Positions 39,123-48,799 of a stretch of DNA of 64,000 nucleotides are shown here, one piece after another. Both the position numbers and the translations under genes were made by a program. Origin of the DNA: Flavobacteriaceae bacterium. Lineage in GTDB: Bacteria > Bacteroidota > Bacteroidia > Flavobacteriales > Flavobacteriaceae. Each line of letters begins with the position of its first letter. Position 1 is the first letter of the stretch. The notes under the pieces are model-generated. The model did no database searches, was not told the DNA's origin, and saw only the letters and a list, made by a program, of their open reading frames with translations. The DNA lies in contig CBFHVY010000002.1 in NCBI GenBank assembly GCA_965659555.1, forward strand, positions 12,287 to 76,286, in the 5' to 3' direction.

Positions 39123-40133
39123 CTATTTCCAGTTGTTAATCCAGGTCGCCATAACGTCAACCCAATTTTCGTCTTCATTTAAACAAGGTACGGTATAAAA
39201 CTTAGCTCCACCAGCTTCTAAATATTCTTCTTTTCCTTCCATACCAATTTCTTCTAGTGTTTCTAAACAATCAGACACAAACGCAGGAGTTACAACTGCT
39301 AATTTGTCTTTCCCTTCTTCAGCAAGGCGCTCAATGGTTTTGTCTGTATAGGGTTGTAGCCAAGGGTCTCTTCCTAGTCTTGATTGAAATGAGGTGCTAT
39401 ACTGTTCTTCGTTCAGTCCTAAATATTCGACAACCCCTTTGGTGGTTTCGTAACATTGATGTCTGTAGCAAAACTCATGCGCAGGAGAAGGGGTGTTACA
39501 ACAACTGCCATCGAGTTTACAATGACTCTTAGTAATGTCTGATTTTCTAATGTGGCGTTCTGGAACTCCGTGATACGAGAATAGTAAATAATTCCAGTCT
39601 TTATCTGCTAAATATCCTTTGATACTTTCTGCAAGTACTTTTATATACTCTTCTTTGTTGTAAAAAGCAGGGATATGATCAAGTTTCATCTCAGGAAAAT
39701 GTTGAGCTCTCAACTCTTCGGCGAGAACTAAAATAGTCTCTGTAGTTGCCATGGCAAATTGAGGATACAACGGAACGATTAATACTTCGGTGACACCTTG
39801 GTCATACAGTTCTTGCATTCCTTGTTTCATAGACGGATTACCATAACGCATGGCTAAAGAAACAGGAAGGTCTGTTTTTGTTTTTACCTTTTCGTGTAAG
39901 CGCTCAGAAAGAACAATTAGCGGAGAGCCTTCTTCCCACCAGATCTTTCGGTAGGCTTTGGCAGATTTTCGGGGTCTCGTGTTTAAAATAATTCCCTTCA
40001 CTAAAAATGCTCTTAAAAGGTATGAAACGTCTATGACACGTTCATCCATTAAAAATTCGCCTAAATATTTTCGAACATCTTTTGTACTCGTACTATCTGG
40101 AGATCCTAAATTTACTAGTAAAACGCCTTTCAT
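39123..40133 (-). CDS. hemH: Ferrochelatase
   Basis: LLVNLGSP, GSPL, LYPQFA, SYHGVP, FQSRLG, WLQPYT, DCLETLEE. Confidence 0.96.
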   Translation of the reverse strand: MKGVLLVNLGSPDSTSTKDVRKYLGEFLMDERVIDVSYLLRAFLVKGIILNTRPRKSAKAYRKIWWEEGSPLIVLSERLHEKVKTKTDLPVSLAMRYGNPSMKQGMQELYDQGVTEVLIVPLYPQFAMATTETILVLAEELRAQHFPEMKLDHIPAFYNKEEYIKVLAESIKGYLADKDWNYLLFSYHGVPERHIRKSDITKSHCKLDGSCCNTPSPAHEFCYRHQCYETTKGVVEYLGLNEEQYSTSFQSRLGRDPWLQPYTDKTIERLAEEGKDKLAVVTPAFVSDCLETLEEIGMEGKEEYLEAGGAKFYTVPCLNEDENWVDVMATWINNWK

Positions 40134-40136
40134 AAA

Positions 40137-40652
40137 TTAATTTCTTTCGTTGTTTGTGATTTGTTGTGTTACCTCGTATAAGCTAATTGCTAAACTGTGG
40201 ATTACGTTGATAGAGGAATTTCTTCCATACATGGGTATTGCAACAGTTGCATCTACATGATCTAGGCTTTCGATACCCCCACGTTCGCTTCCCAAAAGTA
40301 ATACTAATGGAGTGCTTGAGGTGAAATTATAATCGGAAATTCCTATGCTTTTATCGGTAACCTCAATACCTATAATGGAGTGTTTTGTGCTTTTTAAATC
40401 GCGCAAGAGCTGATTAAAATCGCTGTAGCGCTCGTGAGGGACTTGACTAATAGTATTTCGTGCTGTTTTTTTTACAATTCTATTGTCGGTACTTGGAGAG
40501 TTCTCGTGGAGGTATATTTTTTTTACCCCAAAACTTTCTGCAATGCGAAAACACATGCCAATATTTTCAGGAGTACGTATTGCATCGCACACAATAGTAA
40601 TCGGGAACGAGCGCTCTTCGTTTTGAATATCGTAATGACTTAATTGTTTCAT
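40137..40652 (-). CDS. TrmH/SpoU-family RNA methyltransferase
   Basis: RTPENIG..FR, LLLGSERGGI, IPMYGRNSSINV. Confidence 0.88.
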   Translation of the reverse strand: MKQLSHYDIQNEERSFPITIVCDAIRTPENIGMCFRIAESFGVKKIYLHENSPSTDNRIVKKTARNTISQVPHERYSDFNQLLRDLKSTKHSIIGIEVTDKSIGISDYNFTSSTPLVLLLGSERGGIESLDHVDATVAIPMYGRNSSINVIHSLAISLYEVTQQITNNERN

Positions 40653-41539
40653 GAGTTTGACGCTAGTGAGCTGACGTATTTTTTGGGTGTGGTCCCAAAT
40701 TTTTTCTTGAATGCTGCTATAAAATGACTCGCCGTACTGTAGCCGACCTTTAACCCAACCTCATTTACATTCAATTGATTGCTTTCTAAAAGACGTCTTG
40801 CATGTTCCATTTTATAATCTAAGAGAAAACTATATACAGTATCTCCATAAATTTGCTTGAATCCCTCTTTTAGTTTTTTGATATTTAGACCTATTTCATT
40901 TGCTAGCTCTTGTAAGCTTGGAGGCTCGGCCATATTTGCAATAATAATGTCTTTTGCTTTTCTGATTTTTAAGACGTTTTGCTCATCTACTAAAAACGGA
41001 CAGTTGTCTTGAGCAGCAACATCGTCGTATTGAAAATGAAGACTTAACAGTTCATAAATCTTTCCTTTTACATACAATTCTCTTAGCGCAGTATTTTTAT
41101 GAGAGCTTAACAATTGTTGTAAAACAATATAAACACTAGGCTTAATATCACTTTCATCGTAATATTTTTTGTTGATGTTTTCTGAACTTAAAAAGTGAAT
41201 ATACCCTGCTTCTTTTGAAAATAACGAATGAAATTTTTCAATAGACACCAATAACGAAATCATAGTCGTGTTTTTAGCTACCTCTAAATTAATGGGTAAT
41301 TCACGCTGAGGGTTATACAGTAAAATACAACGCTGACTTCCAACATTAAAAGCATAGTTTCCATTGTTAAATAAAAACTTTGCTTGTCCTTCTAAACAAA
41401 AATGTATTTGAATAAACGTGCTATCTACCTCTCGTTCAAAACGTTCTGTGTCTGAAGACGTGTTTTGAAAATGAACCAACTGAAAGTTGTTTTCTACACT
41501 AATATCTTCAATAGTACTTATAGCGTTATTTATTTGCAT
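40649..41539 (-). CDS. AraC-family transcriptional regulator
   Basis: C-terminal double HTH (PPSLQELANEIG...GFKQIYG...VGYSTASHFIAAFKKKFGTTP). ATG 41539 preferred over track start 41560. Confidence 0.92.
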   Translation of the reverse strand: MQINNAISTIEDISVENNFQLVHFQNTSSDTERFEREVDSTFIQIHFCLEGQAKFLFNNGNYAFNVGSQRCILLYNPQRELPINLEVAKNTTMISLLVSIEKFHSLFSKEAGYIHFLSSENINKKYYDESDIKPSVYIVLQQLLSSHKNTALRELYVKGKIYELLSLHFQYDDVAAQDNCPFLVDEQNVLKIRKAKDIIIANMAEPPSLQELANEIGLNIKKLKEGFKQIYGDTVYSFLLDYKMEHARRLLESNQLNVNEVGLKVGYSTASHFIAAFKKKFGTTPKKYVSSLASNS

Positions 41540-41564
41540 GGTGTTCGGATAATATGTCACTTCT

Positions 41565-41587
41565 TTATTTAGAATCGTTCTATATAA
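41565..41587. promoter_or_regulatory. 23-bp imperfect palindrome (candidate Fur-type operator) between AraC and hemA
   Basis: TTATTTAGAA-TCG-TTCTATATAA; one mismatch from perfect dyad. Confidence 0.5.
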
Positions 41588-41716
41588 AATTGTTCTAAAG
41601 CCTTATATTTGCTACAAAAATAAGGCATTTATCTTTCTTTTTCTTAAAAGAGTATTAAAATTCTGCAATCGACATTAAAAGTACTTTTAGCGACATTTTT
41701 ATCGTATTGATCTTTT

Positions 41717-41724
41717 TACTTTTG
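41717..41724 (+). promoter_or_regulatory. -7 element of the hemA operon promoter
   Basis: TACTTTTG, 20 nt before the ATG. Confidence 0.55.
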
Positions 41725-41744
41725 CGCAGTATTCAAGAAACCCC

Positions 41745-43010
41745 ATGTATTTAGAATCAGATAAGACCTTTTATAGTATTGGTGTAAGTTATAAAAAAGC
41801 GGATGTAAATACCCGTGGAAAATATAGCGTATCTAAGGAACACCAAATCGCTTTATTAGAAGAGGCAAAGCATTTAAAGGTAGACGGCGTATTTATTTTA
41901 TCTACATGTAATCGTACCGAACTTTTTGGTTTTGCAGATCATCCCTATCAACTTATTCAATTGTTGTGTAAGTACTCTGAAGGAGATGTAACCGAGTTTG
42001 CCAATATTTCTAATGTGTACAAGAATCAAGAGGCTGTAAGCCACTTATTCAGAATAGGTACTGGTTTAGAAAGTCAGATCTTAGGTGATTACGAAATTGT
42101 AGGGCAGCTTAAAATAGCTTTTAAACAAGCAAAGAAGATTGGGGTAACCAATGCCTACCTAGAGCGTTTACTTAACTTAGTGCTCCAAGCCAGTAAAAAG
42201 GTTAAGAATCAAACAAAGCTTAGCTCGGGAACTACTTCTGTTTCGTATGCTGCTATTCAATACATTATTGATAATGTTCACGATTTCAGTTCCAAAAATA
42301 TTTTGGTTTTTGGTCTCGGAAAGATGGGTAAACACGCTTGTAAAAATATTGCAGAATACACCTCAAATAGATCGGTTACTTTAATTAATAGAACAGCAGA
42401 AAAAGCAGCAGCTTTTGTTAAAGAATACACTTTTATAGAAAAAGCTTCCATGGCCAATTTATCGGAAGAGATTGCCAAAGCCGATATTTTAATTGTGTCT
42501 ACGGGGGCAGACAAGCCAACGGTTACTTCAGCACATATTCAGCCAGGAAAAGAATTGTTGATACTAGATTTATCGATGCCCGAAAATGTAGATCCAGCCT
42601 TAGTACAACAACAAGGAATTACCTTAGTAAATGTAGATGAGTTGTCTAAGGTAACCGATAAAACATTAGCTACCCGAGAGCAAGAAATTCCAGCAGCAGA
42701 GGCCATTATTGCAACACATAAAGAAGAGTTTAATGAATGGTTAAATCACAGAAGATTTACTCCAGCCATCAATGCATTGAAAGCTTCACTACAAAGTATT
42801 CAGCAAGATGAGCTCGATTTTCACAAAAAGAAAATTAAAGATTTTGATGCATCACAAGCAGAAATTGTAACTTCCCGATTCATTCAAAAAATAACCACAC
42901 AGTTTGTAAAGCATCTTAAAGAAGACGATACGTCGATCCAACAAAGCATTCAAGTAATGTCTAAGGTGTTTGCTACTGTACAGGATAAAAAAGATGCAGA
43001 ATATAATTAA
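41745..43010 (+). CDS. hemA: Glutamyl-tRNA reductase
   Basis: LSTCNRTE, GLESQILGDYEIVGQ, VFGLGKMG, LDLSMPENV. Confidence 0.95.
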   Translation: MYLESDKTFYSIGVSYKKADVNTRGKYSVSKEHQIALLEEAKHLKVDGVFILSTCNRTELFGFADHPYQLIQLLCKYSEGDVTEFANISNVYKNQEAVSHLFRIGTGLESQILGDYEIVGQLKIAFKQAKKIGVTNAYLERLLNLVLQASKKVKNQTKLSSGTTSVSYAAIQYIIDNVHDFSSKNILVFGLGKMGKHACKNIAEYTSNRSVTLINRTAEKAAAFVKEYTFIEKASMANLSEEIAKADILIVSTGADKPTVTSAHIQPGKELLILDLSMPENVDPALVQQQGITLVNVDELSKVTDKTLATREQEIPAAEAIIATHKEEFNEWLNHRRFTPAINALKASLQSIQQDELDFHKKKIKDFDASQAEIVTSRFIQKITTQFVKHLKEDDTSIQQSIQVMSKVFATVQDKKDAEYN

Positions 43011-44583
43011 AATTGGAACCCGCGATAGTCAGTTAGCACTATGGCAGGCCAACAAAGTTCGAAAAGAACTAGAAGCATTAGGATACGAAACCGAAATTGT
43101 ACCCATACAATCTTCTGGCGATGTAGTGTTAGATAAACCGATCTACGAAATCGGAATTACAGGGGTATTTACCAAAAACTTAGATATCGCATTACTCAAT
43201 AATGAAATTGATATCGCAGTGCACTCTATGAAAGATGTTCCTACGGTATTAGCCGATGGAATTGTGCAAGCTGCAGTACTTAAAAGAGCCAATCCAAATG
43301 ATATTTTGGTCTTAAAAGATAATGAAGAGTTTTTTGCTCAAAAAGAAGCTGTCATTGCAACAGGAAGTCTCCGAAGAACTGCGCAATGGTTACATAGATA
43401 TCCAACACATACCTTAGTTGATCTTCGTGGAAATGTAAATACACGTTTGCAAAAATTAGAGGATAACGATTGGAATGGAGCCATATTTGCAGCCGCAGGC
43501 CTAGAGCGTATCGGAAAGCGACCTGCAGGAGCCGTAAACTTAGGATGGATGATTCCCGCTCCCGCTCAAGGAGCTATTATGGTTACTGCATTGGCAGAAA
43601 ATCAATTTGCTATAGATGCCGCAGAGCAACTCAATCATCACGAATCGCAAGTGTGTACTTCTATCGAACGTGAGTTCCTCAACCGTTTAGAAGGAGGTTG
43701 TACGGCACCTATTGGAGCCTATGCTTTTATAGATGAAAAAACGGAAGAGATTAATTTTAAAGGAGTGTTACTTTCGAAAGATGGTGCTAAAAAATTGTCA
43801 GTAGCTAAAAACGCCCCCGTTAACAGGCATCGTTATTTGGCTAAAGACTGTGCAGATTATATCTTAAACCGAGGCGGAAAAGAGTTGATGTTCGCCGATG
43901 CCGTTGAAGAGGTTCAAAAAGAACGTCTAGTATACTCTACCAAAAGTTTGTCAGAAAGTCAATTAGCCCTGTTTGATACCGCTATTGGTGCCGAGAGCAG
44001 CGATTTTATCAAAATTAGATTTAATAGAATTCCGCCAAAAGTGGTAAAGACGGCTTTAAAGCATGTTATTATAACCAGTAAAAATGGGGTAGAAGCCATT
44101 TTAAATAGCTTTTCAAAAGAAGAGTTTACGTTTAAAAACATTTACTGCGTAGGTAGAAGGACTAAAAAACTAATTGAGAAAAAAATTGGACCTGTAGTTA
44201 AGGCAGAGAAAAATGCCAAAGCTTTAGCAGCCTATCTCTCTAAGGAGTTGAAAGGCGAAGAGGTTACCTACTTCTGTAGCGATCTTCGTTTAGATACCTT
44301 GCCTCAAGTATTGACTTCAAAAGGGGTAACTGTTCATGAAGTTGTGGCCTACAAGACGATGATGAGTCCGGCTAAGGTGAATGAAAAGTATGCTGGTGTA
44401 CTATTTTATAGTCCGTCTACAGTGTCTAGTTACTTAGAAAAAAACACCGCTGATAAAATTGCTTTTTGTATTGGTGAGAGTACTGCACATGAAGCAAAGC
44501 GTCATTTTAAAGAAGTGCATATAGCAGCATTGCCTACTGTAGAAAGTGTTATTGCTTTAGTGAATGCACATTATTTAAACTAG
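42994..44583 (+). CDS. hemC: Hydroxymethylbilane synthase fused to uroporphyrinogen-III synthase (HemC-HemD)
   Basis: IGTRDSQLALWQ, AVHSMKD, GSLRR, RGNVNTRL, LEGGCTAPIG, then a HemD-like half (ITSKNGV, CVGRRT, FYSPSTV, CIGESTA). ATG 42994. Confidence 0.92.
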   Translation: MQNIIKIGTRDSQLALWQANKVRKELEALGYETEIVPIQSSGDVVLDKPIYEIGITGVFTKNLDIALLNNEIDIAVHSMKDVPTVLADGIVQAAVLKRANPNDILVLKDNEEFFAQKEAVIATGSLRRTAQWLHRYPTHTLVDLRGNVNTRLQKLEDNDWNGAIFAAAGLERIGKRPAGAVNLGWMIPAPAQGAIMVTALAENQFAIDAAEQLNHHESQVCTSIEREFLNRLEGGCTAPIGAYAFIDEKTEEINFKGVLLSKDGAKKLSVAKNAPVNRHRYLAKDCADYILNRGGKELMFADAVEEVQKERLVYSTKSLSESQLALFDTAIGAESSDFIKIRFNRIPPKVVKTALKHVIITSKNGVEAILNSFSKEEFTFKNIYCVGRRTKKLIEKKIGPVVKAEKNAKALAAYLSKELKGEEVTYFCSDLRLDTLPQVLTSKGVTVHEVVAYKTMMSPAKVNEKYAGVLFYSPSTVSSYLEKNTADKIAFCIGESTAHEAKRHFKEVHIAALPTVESVIALVNAHYLN

Positions 44584-44589
44584 TAAATT

Positions 44590-45552
44590 ATGTTTAGAAC
44601 CAGAAGACTTAGAGCAAAAGAAGGGATTCGACGTTTAGTGCAAGAAACCGCACTTTCTGTAAACGATTTTATTTACCCATTATTTATTGAAGAAGGGGAG
44701 AATATTGCAAAAGAGATCGTTTCTATGCCAGGCATAAAACGTTTTTCTTTAGATAGACTTTCAGAAGAATTAGAGGAGGTAGTTGCATTAAACATTCCTG
44801 CAGTATTGCTGTTTGGTATACCTTCAACAAAAGATGAAATAGGAGCCGAAACATGGAACGATCAAGGAGTGATTCAGCAAGCAATTCGCTTTATCAAAAA
44901 AGAATACCCTGAGTTATATGTGATTACCGATGTATGTTTTTGTGAATATACTTCTCACGGACATTGTGGGGTATTGCATAACCATGATGTTGATAATGAT
45001 GCTACCTTAGTACACCTAGCAAAACAAGTGGTGTCTCATGCAAAAGCTGGAGCCGATATGGTAGCTCCATCAGGAATGATGGATGGGACGATTACTACTG
45101 TTAGAGAAGCTCTAGATGCAAATGGTTTTGTAAACCTACCTATTATGGCATATGCTGTAAAATATGCTTCAGCATTTTATGGTCCGTTTAGAGATGCCGC
45201 CGATTCTGCACCTACTTTTGGTGATCGAAGGACCTATCAAATGGATCCTGCGAATCGAGATGAAGGCATTAGAGAAGCTGCTTTCGACGATCAAGAGGGC
45301 GCTGATATTTTAATGGTAAAACCCGCGTTGTCGTATCTAGATATTATTAGAGACCTAAAAACAAATTTCGACAGACCCATTGCATGCTATAATGTAAGTG
45401 GTGAATACGCTATGATTAAAGCTGCGGCAGCTAAAGGATGGATTGATGGTGAACGGGTAATGATGGAAAGTTTACTTTCTATGAAAAGAGCAGGAGCTAG
45501 TATAATCATCACTTATTTTGCAAAAGAAGCTGCAAGAATTTTACAAAAGTAA
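44590..45552 (+). CDS. hemB: Porphobilinogen synthase
   Basis: [48 protein letters not shown]. Confidence 0.97.
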   Translation: MFRTRRLRAKEGIRRLVQETALSVNDFIYPLFIEEGENIAKEIVSMPGIKRFSLDRLSEELEEVVALNIPAVLLFGIPSTKDEIGAETWNDQGVIQQAIRFIKKEYPELYVITDVCFCEYTSHGHCGVLHNHDVDNDATLVHLAKQVVSHAKAGADMVAPSGMMDGTITTVREALDANGFVNLPIMAYAVKYASAFYGPFRDAADSAPTFGDRRTYQMDPANRDEGIREAAFDDQEGADILMVKPALSYLDIIRDLKTNFDRPIACYNVSGEYAMIKAAAAKGWIDGERVMMESLLSMKRAGASIIITYFAKEAARILQK

Positions 45553-45556
45553 TCGA

Positions 45557-46855
45557 ATGAAAGAGTTTAAAAATTCACAACATTTATATCAAAAAGGATT
45601 AGAGCATTTGGTGGGAGCGGTAAACTCTCCCGTACGAGCTTTTGCCTCAGTAGGAGGGAACCCCCTGTTTATTAAAAAAGCAAAAGGGTCAACAATTACC
45701 GATGTAGACAACAATCAATATGTAGACTTGGTGTTGTCGTATGGCCCTATGATATTAGGACACAAGCATAAAAAAGTACAACGCGCTATTACCAAGGCCT
45801 TAAAAAATGGCTATTCATTTGGAGCTTCAACAGCCAATGAAATCAAGCTTGCAAAAATTGTTTGCGATGCCTTTCCTGGAATGGATAAAGTACGTTTTGT
45901 AAACTCTGGTACCGAAGCCGTTTTAAGTGGTATTCGTTTGGCTAGAGCTTTTACAGGAAAAGATAAAATCATAAAGTTTTCTGGGTGTTATCACGGACAT
46001 CAGGATGCCTTATTGGTTGCTGCCGGATCGGGTTTAGCTACCTTGAGTATGCCAGGAAGTAAGGGTGTGCCAGAAGGCGCTGTTAAAAATACCTTAGTAG
46101 CAACGTATAACGATTTAGATAGCGTAAAAAAACACTTCGAAGAACACAACGATATTGCTGGAGTTATTATTGAACCCGTAGGAGGTAATATGGGGGTGGT
46201 TATTCCGCAGAACAACTTTTTAAAAGACCTCAAAGATTATTTAGAAACCCAAGGAGCTTTGCTTATTGCAGATGAGGTGATGACAGGTTTTCGTTCTACT
46301 TTTGGTGGTGCACAAACCTTATTTGGAGTAGAGGCAGATATTACTTGTTTGGGTAAAGTTATTGGAGGAGGTTTTCCAGTAGGTGCCTATGGTGCACGTA
46401 ACGAAATTATGGAGAATGTAGCACCTTTAGGTGGAATGTATCAAGCAGGAACATTGAGTGGTAACCCGATAGCTATGGCTGGTGGAATTTCTACCTTAAC
46501 AGAGTTAAAGCGTCAAAATCCGTACGAGTTCTTTACTACAATTGCTGAAGAAATTGAGCAGCTATTAGTCGCTGCGGCAAAACAACATCATGTACCTTTA
46601 GTAGTCAATAGATTTGGTTCTATGCTTAATCCGTTTTTTACTTCGAGTAAGGTTACCAATTTCGAACAAGCACAAACATCAGATACTAAAAAGTTTGCTA
46701 CGTTCTTTTGGGCTATGATTGAAAACGGAGTGTTTTTACCGCCCTCTCAATTTGAAGCTTGGTTTTTATCTTCAGCATTTAGACCACAAGACATGCAAAC
46801 CTTTAAAAAAGCTGTTGCAATTGCCATGCAACGCGTAGCAGAGCAACACCCTTAA
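45557..46855 (+). CDS. hemL: Glutamate-1-semialdehyde 2,1-aminomutase
   Basis: NSPVRAF, RFVNSGTEA, GCYHGH, DEVMTGFR, LGKVIGGG, AGTLSGNP. ATG 45557. Confidence 0.96.
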   Translation: MKEFKNSQHLYQKGLEHLVGAVNSPVRAFASVGGNPLFIKKAKGSTITDVDNNQYVDLVLSYGPMILGHKHKKVQRAITKALKNGYSFGASTANEIKLAKIVCDAFPGMDKVRFVNSGTEAVLSGIRLARAFTGKDKIIKFSGCYHGHQDALLVAAGSGLATLSMPGSKGVPEGAVKNTLVATYNDLDSVKKHFEEHNDIAGVIIEPVGGNMGVVIPQNNFLKDLKDYLETQGALLIADEVMTGFRSTFGGAQTLFGVEADITCLGKVIGGGFPVGAYGARNEIMENVAPLGGMYQAGTLSGNPIAMAGGISTLTELKRQNPYEFFTTIAEEIEQLLVAAAKQHHVPLVVNRFGSMLNPFFTSSKVTNFEQAQTSDTKKFATFFWAMIENGVFLPPSQFEAWFLSSAFRPQDMQTFKKAVAIAMQRVAEQHP

Positions 46856-46889
46856 AAACAATATTTAAGTCAAAAGAAATATAGAACCG

Positions 46890-47915
46890 ATGATAAAAAA
46901 CGATTTATTCTTACGCGCCCTAAAAGGAGAAACAGTAGATAGACCACCAGTGTGGATGATGCGTCAGGCTGGAAGATATTTACCAGAGTTTATGGCAATT
47001 AAAGAAAAATACGATTTCTTTACCCGTTGTAGAACTCCAGAATTAGCCTCTGAGATTACAGTGCAACCGATTAGAAGATATGGTATGGATGCCGCTATTT
47101 TATTTTCGGATATTTTAGTGATTCCTCAGGCGATGAATATTGAGGTGGAGATGAAACCTAACTTTGGACCGTATTTGCCTCATCCGGTTAGAGATCAACA
47201 AGGAGTCGATCGTGTTATTATTCCAGATGTTCAAGAATCATTGGGTTATGTTATGGAAGCAATTAAGGCTACCAAAGAAAAGCTCAACGATGAAATTCCA
47301 TTAATTGGATTTGCAGGGTCTCCATGGACCATTTTGTGTTATGTGGTTCAAGGTCAAGGATCTAAAAACTTTGATAAAGCTAAAGAGTTTTGTTTTACAC
47401 AACCTGTTGCAGCACATCAGTTACTTCAAAAAATCACAGATACCACCATTACCTATTTAAAAGCTAAGGTAGCTGCAGGGGTAAATGCTGTTCAGGTTTT
47501 TGACTCTTGGGGAGGTATGTTATCGCCCACCGATTATCAAGAATTTTCATGGCCGTATATCAACCAAATTATTGAAGCCTTAAAAGACGACGCCCCGGTT
47601 ATCGCTTTTGGAAAAGGATGTTGGTTCGCATTACACGAAATGGCGCAGTCTAATGCGTCGGCGCTTGGGGTAGATTGGACTTGTACGGCAAGAAATGCAC
47701 GTTATTTGTCGGGTGGAAATATTACCCTACAAGGAAATTTTGACCCTTCACGATTATTATCACCTCCAGCCGAAATCAAAAAAATGGTACATCAGATGAT
47801 TCGAGAGTTTGGTAAAGACCGTTATATTGTGAACTTGGGTCATGGAATTTTACCTAATATACCTACTGAAAATGCAAAAGCATTTATTGATGCTGTGAAA
47901 GAATATCGTGAGTAA
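46890..47915 (+). CDS. hemE: Uroporphyrinogen decarboxylase
   Basis: [37 protein letters not shown]. Confidence 0.97.
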   Translation: MIKNDLFLRALKGETVDRPPVWMMRQAGRYLPEFMAIKEKYDFFTRCRTPELASEITVQPIRRYGMDAAILFSDILVIPQAMNIEVEMKPNFGPYLPHPVRDQQGVDRVIIPDVQESLGYVMEAIKATKEKLNDEIPLIGFAGSPWTILCYVVQGQGSKNFDKAKEFCFTQPVAAHQLLQKITDTTITYLKAKVAAGVNAVQVFDSWGGMLSPTDYQEFSWPYINQIIEALKDDAPVIAFGKGCWFALHEMAQSNASALGVDWTCTARNARYLSGGNITLQGNFDPSRLLSPPAEIKKMVHQMIREFGKDRYIVNLGHGILPNIPTENAKAFIDAVKEYRE

Positions 47916-48445
47916 TGATTACTGTAGGTTTGTTTGATGTAGCACCAATTCGCCCCGAAGACTACTGGTCTTTATGTGATTTTGTAGTGTCAAATGAAGA
48001 TCGATTACAGCGATTTTTCCCTTTAACCCTTGAGCAAAACCTTACCCCAGAATTAGCCAAACGATTTACCAAGCTTAAAGCTATTGCTTTTGCCGAACAC
48101 AAGGAATATCTTTTTACACTTAAAGCAAAAGATCGTTCAGCAATACTAGGGGTATTTTATATTAAAGCTCTTGATTGGGAAAAGAAGCAAGGAGAATTGG
48201 CATATGCCATTAGCTATACTTTAGAGGGTAAGGGTATTACTACACAAGTACTTCAAGAACTCACTAAAACTGCATTTCAAGACCTTGGGTTAACTACCTT
48301 ACACATAAGTGTTCACAGAGAACATGCCGCAAGTATTCGAGTTGCTGAAAAGTGCGGTTTTCTTTGGAAAAAGACCTTAATAAAAGAATTTACTCCCCCT
48401 GGTGAAACTCCACTAGACATGGAATTATACGAATTAAAATACTAA
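47915..48445 (+). CDS. RimJ/RimL-family GNAT acetyltransferase
   Basis: GELAYAI...EGKGITT, NAAS-like HAASIRVAEKCGF. Confidence 0.85.
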   Translation: MITVGLFDVAPIRPEDYWSLCDFVVSNEDRLQRFFPLTLEQNLTPELAKRFTKLKAIAFAEHKEYLFTLKAKDRSAILGVFYIKALDWEKKQGELAYAISYTLEGKGITTQVLQELTKTAFQDLGLTTLHISVHREHAASIRVAEKCGFLWKKTLIKEFTPPGETPLDMELYELKY

Positions 48446-48449
48446 ACAA

Positions 48450-48797
48450 ATGCCACATTTTATTTTAGATTGCACCGCAAATATTATGAAGCTTCAAGAC
48501 CCTAAGCAGGTTATGGATGAGGTGTATACAACTGCCTTGGCTTCAGATCTTTTTACGCCTGAAGATATAAAGGTAAGAATGAATCCATATACTCATTCAC
48601 TAGTGCTGGGTGGAGTTCATGATTTTATTCATGTCTTTGCTCATATTATGGAGGGCAGAACTGAGGAACAGAAAGCAGCGTTATCGAAACAAATTGTTCT
48701 TAAACTGAACTCACTTTTTCCAGAGGTGCCAATCATCACTATGAATGTACGTGAGTTCGAACACTCAAATTATTACAATAAAAACAGCAATCAATAA
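48450..48797 (+). CDS. 5-carboxymethyl-2-hydroxymuconate isomerase (CHMI)-family tautomerase
   Basis: N-terminal MPHFILDC, DIKVR, FIHVFAHIMEGRTEEQK..LS. Confidence 0.82.
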   Translation: MPHFILDCTANIMKLQDPKQVMDEVYTTALASDLFTPEDIKVRMNPYTHSLVLGGVHDFIHVFAHIMEGRTEEQKAALSKQIVLKLNSLFPEVPIITMNVREFEHSNYYNKNSNQ

Positions 48798-48799
48798 TC

